DNA of 64,000 nucleotides from Chloroflexales bacterium (lineage in GTDB: Bacteria; Chloroflexota; Chloroflexia; Chloroflexales; Kallotenuaceae). The position numbers were made by a program, and so were the translations under genes. The DNA lies in the NCBI GenBank assembly GCA_038254585.1, contig JBBSGA010000001.1, positions 37 through 64,036 on the forward strand, given 5' to 3'. Of the stretch, positions 58,681 through 64,000 are shown one piece after another. Each line of letters opens with the position of its first letter. Position 1 is the first letter of the stretch. The notes under the pieces are model-generated. The model had not been told where the DNA came from, searched no databases, and worked only from the letters and a program-made list of their open reading frames with translations.

Positions 58681-58991
58681 TCATGATGTTCGAGAGCGCA
58701 GCTGTTGTTCTGAAGACGCATCTTCCTGATACCTGGTTCGTATGCCATCAAAGATGATTGAGACAAGTGCGTTGCTGACGTTGGCGAGCGAACATTCGTC
58801 ACTCGCCACCGCGTCGTCGTAGTCCGCCCTGAAGAGGCTCAGGAGCAGCCGCACGATCACGGGCGTAGGTAGAGCCTGGGCGATATCACCTTCAACCCAT
58901 GCGCTGCATCAAGAATGGCGTCCTCGCGAGCCTGCCGCTGGCGTTCCCGCGAGGTAAAACCATCAATCGTCACCTCTCTTTCGTCCGCCAT
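58681..58991 (-). pseudogene. TetR-family regulator remnant (N- and C-terminal pieces in different frames, HTH region missing)
   Basis: ATG 58991 gives MADEREVTIDGFTSRERQRQAREDAILDAAHGL... and stops at 58857. A second frame reads WVEGDIAQALPTPVIVRLLLSLFRADYDDAVASDECSLANVSNALVSIIFDGIRTRYQ... to TGA 58681-58683. The total of about 103 codons is far below the ~200 of a normal TetR. Confidence 0.55.
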
Positions 58992-59017
58992 GGGTAGAAC
59001 TTATAAGTTTCGGCAGT

Positions 59018-59047
59018 ATACCACTTTGTCTAGTTTGAAAATGGTAT
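59018..59047. promoter_or_regulatory. Operator-like inverted repeat ATACCACTTT-N9-AAAATGGTAT in the divergent MFS/aquaporin promoter region
   Basis: Arms match 9/10. Located in an A/T-rich stretch 27 nt upstream of the TetR-remnant start. Confidence 0.4.
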
Positions 59048-59225
59048 GTTAACTAATTGCCCATTTGTTGTCGCATCTTTTTACCGTCGTGTGCCGGCGG
59101 CGATGCGCGAGCCGCGGAGATGGTCGGGACAGCGGCGGCGCTTGCCGAATGCGGCCCTTCGTCCTAAACTTGGGTGCTCACGGAGAGTGTAGATATTGGC
59201 TGGCTCCAGGCTGGGAGGCCGGAGT

Positions 59226-59251
59226 GTGACTCATCCGAACGGATGAGTCAC
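59226..59251. repeat. Perfect 12-nt inverted repeat GTGACTCATCCG-AA-CGGATGAGTCAC
   Basis: Arms at 59226-59237 and 59240-59251, ending 45 nt upstream of the aquaporin GTG. Confidence 0.7.
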
Positions 59252-59296
59252 TGGCACCAGCGGCAAACGTTGAAGCTTCAAGGAGGGAAGGCAGCG

Positions 59297-60036
59297 GTGA
59301 CAAGTAACTGGCTCAAGGTAGCGGTGGCGGAAGCGATCGAAACCTTCGCTCTCACCTTTGTCGGCATTATGGCGATCTCAGGCGCGGGCATTGCGGGCGC
59401 CCCGGCCGGCATCGCCAACCTGGCGTCGATCGGGTTTGCCCACGGCCTCGCAATCGCCGTCATGGTCGCCGCGCTCGGGGCGATCTCCGGGGGGCATTTA
59501 ACCCGGCGGTCACCTTCGGATTCGTCGTCACCGGGCGTATGAAGCCGGCTACCGGGGCAATGTACTGGGTGTCACAGCTCGTCGGCGCGACGCTCGCCGC
59601 CTTGATTCTCGCCGGCCTGTTCGGCACGGGTCCCGTCAGCGGAGGCACACCGGATCTCGGCAAGAACGTCAGCTTCACCGCGGGTATCGTGATCGAGGCG
59701 ATCACCATGTTTTTCCTGGTGCTCGTCGTCTTTGGCACGGCCGTCGACGAGCGCGCGCCAAAGTCTGTCTTTCCGCTGGCGATCGGACTGACGATTGCGC
59801 TCGACATCATGGGCGCCGGGCCGCTCACCGGTGCGTCGATGAACCCGGCCCGAACCTTCGGCTCCGCACTCGCCTCGGGCCACTGGTCAAATCATCTCGT
59901 CTACTGGATCGGTCCACTCCTAGGCGGCGCAGCCGCCGGCCTGCTGCAGCACTTCTTCCTCATGGAGCGCGCCGCTGCCCCGGAGGTTGGGGTCCGGGGC
60001 GGCCCCGCCCCGAGCGAAGAGCGGGGCAACGTCTAG
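59297..60036 (+). pseudogene. Aquaporin/MIP-family channel (AqpZ-like), frameshifted inside the first NPA motif
   Basis: AGGAGGGA SD plus GTG 59297. The first frame reads ...AISGGHLTRRSP. Inserting one A at 59500/59501 gives GGHLNPAVTFGFVVTGRMKPATG..., which continues into ORF 59539-60036. That ORF holds the second NPA (GASMNPARTFG). Confidence 0.8.
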
Positions 60037-60065
60037 CCCAGTTTGTTGACTACGGTCGTCCCGCA

Positions 60066-60071
60066 TATAAT
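60066..60071 (+). promoter_or_regulatory. -10 hexamer TATAAT, 9 nt before ATG 60081 (leaderless-type)
   Basis: No SD between the hexamer and the start codon of the DUF218 gene. Confidence 0.4.
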
Positions 60072-60080
60072 AGAGTTCGT

Positions 60081-60638
60081 ATGGCGCCACACATAACGCT
60101 CAGCGCACTTCTGCGCCCCGTACGCCGAATATTCGGGGTCGCTCTCCTCGCTCTCGCCGTGCTCATCGGGATTGGGGCGGTTATCGTGCTGCAGGCCAGC
60201 CGCGACGAGGCGACGGCCGCAGATACGGCGATCTTAGTGCTTGGCGGTGCGGGAGGTGGGCAGGCGGCACGGCTCGACCGCGCCGTACGCCTCTACCTCG
60301 CAGGTCAGATCTCCCGCATCATCCTGGCCGGCGGCGACACCGGGCCGGCGCGCACCATGCTTGTAACCCGCGGAGTCGTCCAGGACAAGATCGCCGAGGT
60401 GCGTGACCCGACGGAACAGGGGCAGCTTCGGGGCGCACAAAAGCTAGTTGAGGAGTCACATGCAAGTGACGCCATGCTGATCGGGGAGCCGGTCGAATCG
60501 CTTCGCCTCCTAAAGATGGCGCGTGACATGGGTCTGCCGCTGCACAGCGCCCCGACCGGCGCGGATAGCACCATTAACCTCGCCAGTGTCGCGAGCGAGG
60601 TCGAGCGCTATCTTGTCTACTGTTTCGCCGGCCGGTAA
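60081..60638 (+). CDS. DUF218 (YdcF/ElyC/SanA-like) domain protein with N-terminal TM helix
   Basis: TM helix FGVALLALAVLIGIGAVIVL, then ILVLGG...RLDRAVRLYLAGQISRIILAGG, typical of DUF218. Confidence 0.75.
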   Translation: MAPHITLSALLRPVRRIFGVALLALAVLIGIGAVIVLQASRDEATAADTAILVLGGAGGGQAARLDRAVRLYLAGQISRIILAGGDTGPARTMLVTRGVVQDKIAEVRDPTEQGQLRGAQKLVEESHASDAMLIGEPVESLRLLKMARDMGLPLHSAPTGADSTINLASVASEVERYLVYCFAGR

Positions 60639-60668
60639 GGTGGTACGGTACGTATCGGATGGTGGCCT

Positions 60669-61337
60669 ATGAACGCTTCGTTTACGGCGGCGGTCGAGGC
60701 CGCCATCGCACAGCTCGACGCCACCAATACGGCGCGCGAAACCGCGCTCGTAACTTCTCGCGCGCTGATCCGTCAGTGCGCGAATACGATCCGCGCGATT
60801 CATCGCCACGAGTGGGCCGAGGCCGAGCAGCTCGTGGCCGCGGCAACGGCTACCGCGGTAGAGCTCCGTGGGCGGCTCGACATCTATCCGGCTATCTTTC
60901 ATGCCGGGTACTCCCAGGATGCTCTCAAAGAGTATGCCGAGGCGCGGCTCACGCTGGCCCTGGTATGCAACCTCCCGCTCCCCACGCCGGAAGATATCCA
61001 GGTCGAGCCGGCCGCCTATCTCAATGGGCTGGCCGAGGCAGCCAGCGAGCTCAGGCGCTATCTGCTTGACAGTCTGCGGCGCGGCGATACGAGCGATTGC
61101 GAGCACCTTCTGTCGGCCATGGACGAGGTGTATAGCCTGCTCGTGACGGTCGACTATCCTGACGCGGTAACCGGCGGGTTGCGGCGGACAACCGATGCTT
61201 TGCGGGCAGTGCTCGAGCGTACGCGTGGAGATCTGACGGCAACGCTTCGGCAAGATCAGCTGATCGCGGCACTCAAACAGGTCGAAGAGCGGGTGGAACG
61301 GGCCGGGGACCGTGGCCAGGGGTCCAAGGCTGGCTGA
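60669..61337 (+). CDS. Translin-family protein
   Basis: All-helical 222-aa protein. AYLNGLAEAASELRRYLLDSLRRGD...MDEVYSLLVTVDYPDAVTGGLRRTTDALRAVLERTRGDL follows the translin/TRAX C-terminal pattern as I recall it. Confidence 0.65.
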   Translation: MNASFTAAVEAAIAQLDATNTARETALVTSRALIRQCANTIRAIHRHEWAEAEQLVAAATATAVELRGRLDIYPAIFHAGYSQDALKEYAEARLTLALVCNLPLPTPEDIQVEPAAYLNGLAEAASELRRYLLDSLRRGDTSDCEHLLSAMDEVYSLLVTVDYPDAVTGGLRRTTDALRAVLERTRGDLTATLRQDQLIAALKQVEERVERAGDRGQGSKAG

Positions 61338-61405
61338 ATGGGAGAATCGACCGTTCTCAGACCGGACGACACCATGGCGCCATACGGATACGAGCATAGG
61401 AAACT

Positions 61406-62017
61406 GTGACAACCGAAACAGCTGCAATTCATGACGCTCTGCCACCAGGACCACGCTCTGCTCTCCATGCATGCGCGCTCGCGCTCGGCGCCTCACGCGG
61501 GCCGACGCTCTTGCGATCGGCGGTGCCCCAGTGGGAAGCGACACTTCGGAGTCGTATCGGCGACCAGCTTTTTGCGCCCGCGGACGCCGGGCGGCCCGCG
61601 GCGCAAGCATGGGTTGGCGCCGTCTGGCTGGAGCCCCAACGGCAGACGTGGCGCGCGGAGCTCGGCGAAATAGCAGCGGAGCTTCCCGGCGGCGGGCTTC
61701 TCTCGATCATCGTCTCGCTCCCTCTGGCGTTCCTGCACGGAGGAGGGAGCCCGGCGTCGCTCGGCATGCTGCCAAGCGGCGCCTGGCAGCTCAGGCGCGG
61801 GCTCACCCGGTCCGGTTTCCGCGTCGAGCGCACCTTCGCCTTCCACACGCCGCGTTCGAGCATGCTGCACTGGTTGGCCACGCGGCTTCGATCCCGGCGC
61901 CCGGACTGGAGCGATCGTGTGCATTCCGCCATGCGCCGGCGCTTCGCAGCGTCGGACTTCATCCTGCCGCTGGCAACCGCGGGACTTATCCAGGCACGCG
62001 CAGGTATGCGTCCGTGA
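61406..62017 (+). CDS. Hypothetical protein with degenerate methyltransferase-like segment
   Basis: GTG start. ...LGEIAAELPGGGLLSIIV... resembles the post-motif-II region of class I methyltransferases, but no GxGxG SAM loop is seen. The stop overlaps the next start (GTGA at 62014-62017). Confidence 0.45.
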   Translation: MTTETAAIHDALPPGPRSALHACALALGASRGPTLLRSAVPQWEATLRSRIGDQLFAPADAGRPAAQAWVGAVWLEPQRQTWRAELGEIAAELPGGGLLSIIVSLPLAFLHGGGSPASLGMLPSGAWQLRRGLTRSGFRVERTFAFHTPRSSMLHWLATRLRSRRPDWSDRVHSAMRRRFAASDFILPLATAGLIQARAGMRP

Positions 62018-63336
62018 GCGATCCTTCCGTGGCACCCGAACTCCAGCCCACGATCAACATCGCGGTCGGCGAGATGGATCGCTGGCTGGATACCATGCGC
62101 GGCCCGCGAGGCTACACCGGCCCGACCGCCGATTGGTGGCGGCATGGCTTCACCTGGACCGGCACCACCCTGGACTGGCGCTACGAAGGTATCATCTGCG
62201 GCTACATCGCGCTGTGGCGCCGCACGCTCGACGGGCACTGGCTCGCGAAGGCACAATGGGCCGCCGACGACCTCTTGGCCGGCCAGAGCCCCGGCGGTCA
62301 CTTTAGCTATGGTCCCGCAAAGTTCGGCTCCTACGTTGCCGCTACGCCACACGGCGCGGCGTGCGCGATCGGGCTACTGGAGTTGGCCCTCGCCCTGCGT
62401 GAGGCACATAGTGAGGCCTGGCAACCGTATGCAGCGGCGGCGGAGCTGACAATTCACGGGGTGCTCGTCGGCGAGCTCTGGGACGCCGCGCACCGGCTTT
62501 TCCGCGAGGCACCTGCGGATGGCCGCTTTTTGCCGCACCATGGCGCTTCAGTTTGCGAGGCGCTGTTCCGGCAGGCTGAGCTACGACATGCCGCCGAGCC
62601 GATTGAGCAATACGCGCTTCCCACGGCTCGGGCGATCCTCGCCCAGCAGGTGCATCGCAGCGGCGACAGGCTCGACGGCGCGATCCCATACCACGTCGAC
62701 GGCACACGCGGCCCGCACAAGTACTTGCCGGTCTGTATCGCACGCTGTATACCCGCCCTCTTACAGAGCTATACCTGGACCGGCGACGCCCGCTTCGTCG
62801 AGGGAGCGTGGCGTGCATTCGCGTTCCTCCAGCGCTGGCGCAATGCCGACGGCTCGTTTCCCGCGGTCGTCTATCCCGGCGGCCGGAGTAATCAGTATCC
62901 GCACTGGATCGCCGCTACCGGCGATATCCTGCGCGCCGGCGTCGCCCTGCGCGACCATGGCATTAGCACCGAAGTCGATGCGACGTGGTGGTGGCTCCTG
63001 CATGCGCAGGATGGCAGCGGTGGCATTGCGACGGCCCATGGGATCGGTGCTCAGATGCGCCAGCGCCGGCCGCGCCTTCCCGACGTCCGGGACCTTCGCC
63101 ATGTGCCGGGGTGGTGCGATAAAGCGTTCCGCGCCCTCGCAGCCGCGGCGACCGACGTGAGGCCGCTGGACCGGGCTCTGAGCAGCCAGCACCGCTGTAC
63201 CTTCCACGGCCGGCTTCTGACCTTCTCCGAAGACGAAACCACGGTCGAGATCTGCCACGGACGCGAGGTGCGCTACCGTTGGCGCAAGAGCGACGACTGG
63301 CCGGCGATTTGCGCTCCCGAGTTCGTCACGGAGTAG
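62014..63336 (+). CDS. Hypothetical protein, Trp/Gly-rich repeats suggestive of an alpha/alpha-toroid (prenyltransferase/terpene-cyclase-like) fold
   Basis: Recurrent segments GGHFSY, DGAIPYHV, DGSFPAVVYPG and DGSGGIATAHG spaced about 50-60 aa apart. Real start taken as GTG 62014 inside ORF 61471-63336. Confidence 0.5.
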   Translation: MSDPSVAPELQPTINIAVGEMDRWLDTMRGPRGYTGPTADWWRHGFTWTGTTLDWRYEGIICGYIALWRRTLDGHWLAKAQWAADDLLAGQSPGGHFSYGPAKFGSYVAATPHGAACAIGLLELALALREAHSEAWQPYAAAAELTIHGVLVGELWDAAHRLFREAPADGRFLPHHGASVCEALFRQAELRHAAEPIEQYALPTARAILAQQVHRSGDRLDGAIPYHVDGTRGPHKYLPVCIARCIPALLQSYTWTGDARFVEGAWRAFAFLQRWRNADGSFPAVVYPGGRSNQYPHWIAATGDILRAGVALRDHGISTEVDATWWWLLHAQDGSGGIATAHGIGAQMRQRRPRLPDVRDLRHVPGWCDKAFRALAAAATDVRPLDRALSSQHRCTFHGRLLTFSEDETTVEICHGREVRYRWRKSDDWPAICAPEFVTE

Positions 63337-63482
63337 TAATTGGCTGGCCGCGGCCAGTTGGCCGCCGGTATGTGGTACACTTGCCTCTCGCATGTATGCA
63401 TTGAGTCGGCCGGCCCGGTCTACCACCTCGGTAGAGTTCATCCGTATCGCCCGGCAGCGCTCGATACTCGAGACAGTGCCTG

Positions 63483-64000
63483 ATGGAGATTGAACCCACG
63501 ACCTCTACTTCGCCGGGCGTAGATCTTTCCTACGTCGACGAATTGCCCCCGTGGCTTACGTTCGACCAGTTTGGGCGTTATTCGACGCTGCGCGAGGCCC
63601 TGGAGGCAGCACGGGTAGCTCTCGATCAGCCGGCGTTTTCAGTGCTCGACGTTGGTGGGTGGACAAGGCAGATCCTCGGTGGTGAGGGACTACCCATTGT
63701 GTACTTTCTGCCTGGCGACGACGTGCTGGTAGTCGACCAGGTCGAGAGCTCGCTGCCCCACTACCGGCGGGGTGATGGAACGAGTCTGGATTTTGCCGAC
63801 GACAGCTTCGATTTCGTTACGTCGGCCGACACACTCGAGCATATTCAGGCACCACGACGACCAAGCTTCATCCGGGAGCTGATCCGAGTTTCACGTTATG
63901 GTGTGCTACTCATTGCACCTTTTAGGCATCCGGTTGTCGACGCAGCAGAAGAATTCTTATTTGCCTACATCAAAGCAGAACTGGGGTATGTTCAGCAGCA
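63483..64000 (+). CDS. Class I SAM-dependent methyltransferase (partial, runs off the window)
   Basis: VLDVGGWT (motif I-like), DDSFDFVTSADTLEHI (Methyltransf_11-like), LIRVSRYGVLLIAP. Confidence 0.65.
   Translation, partial: MEIEPTTSTSPGVDLSYVDELPPWLTFDQFGRYSTLREALEAARVALDQPAFSVLDVGGWTRQILGGEGLPIVYFLPGDDVLVVDQVESSLPHYRRGDGTSLDFADDSFDFVTSADTLEHIQAPRRPSFIRELIRVSRYGVLLIAPFRHPVVDAAEEFLFAYIKAELGYVQQ

Noticed and set aside
61471-62013. N-terminal 181 codons of the 621-aa ORF 61471-63336
   Set aside because: This part overlaps ORF 61406-62017 out of frame and is R/A-rich low complexity. The downstream protein has a GTG (62014) forming a GTGA overlap with the preceding stop, so the short form is preferred.

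Overview
This is a visibly GC-rich bacterial chromosomal segment (composition judged by eye, not computed). I saw no rRNA, CRISPR, transposase, integrase or phage genes. I can support about 60 protein-coding genes, one tRNA-Arg(TCG), one T-box leader, one intein and several promoters, terminators and repeats.

Main blocks:
1. A T-box-controlled archaeal-type aspS, followed by Nudix, SDR and PhyH genes.
2. A GAF histidine kinase with a CheY-like regulator, an SGNH hydrolase and a MacB/FtsX-type ABC exporter.
3. A frameshifted Gfo/Idh/MocA gene, DUF763 and Uma2.
4. A long co-directional, translationally coupled respiratory cluster on the minus strand: PoxB-like TPP enzyme, caa3-type ctaC/D/E, ctaG, a small membrane protein, Rieske, and a cytochrome b-c fusion. 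It lies directly downstream of an OmpR-type two-component pair.
5. HPP, a GH1-like gene, an SDR, and a GMC flavoprotein/gamma-subunit operon that carries an internally duplicated membrane protein.
6. NDH-2 with a LarA-like gene.
7. An aldehyde dehydrogenase, two paralogous Thr/Ala/Met-rich tandem-repeat lipoproteins flanking an FHA membrane protein, ppa and proBA.
8. A ferritin-like gene, a degenerate kinase-like membrane protein, and an orphan McrB-like AAA+ gene with an uncharacterised neighbour.
9. gyrB interrupted by a 435-aa HNH-type intein.
10. An MFS efflux pump beside a decayed TetR gene, an aquaporin, DUF218, a translin-like gene and a methyltransferase-rich cluster.

Four genes look disrupted: two single-base frameshifts, one TGG-to-TGA nonsense change, and one internally deleted TetR.

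The most interesting non-obvious signals are:
- An identical 4-box TTCAC direct-repeat promoter layout in front of the poxB-cox-bc and ndh operons.
- The repeat lipoproteins.
- The cytochrome-less GMC operon with its duplicated membrane subunit.
- A structured inverted pair of about 52-nt elements.
- The orphan McrB-like module.

The lineage guess (Chloroflexota/Thermomicrobia-like monoderm) is inference only. All family names come from motif recognition by eye, and no database search was possible.
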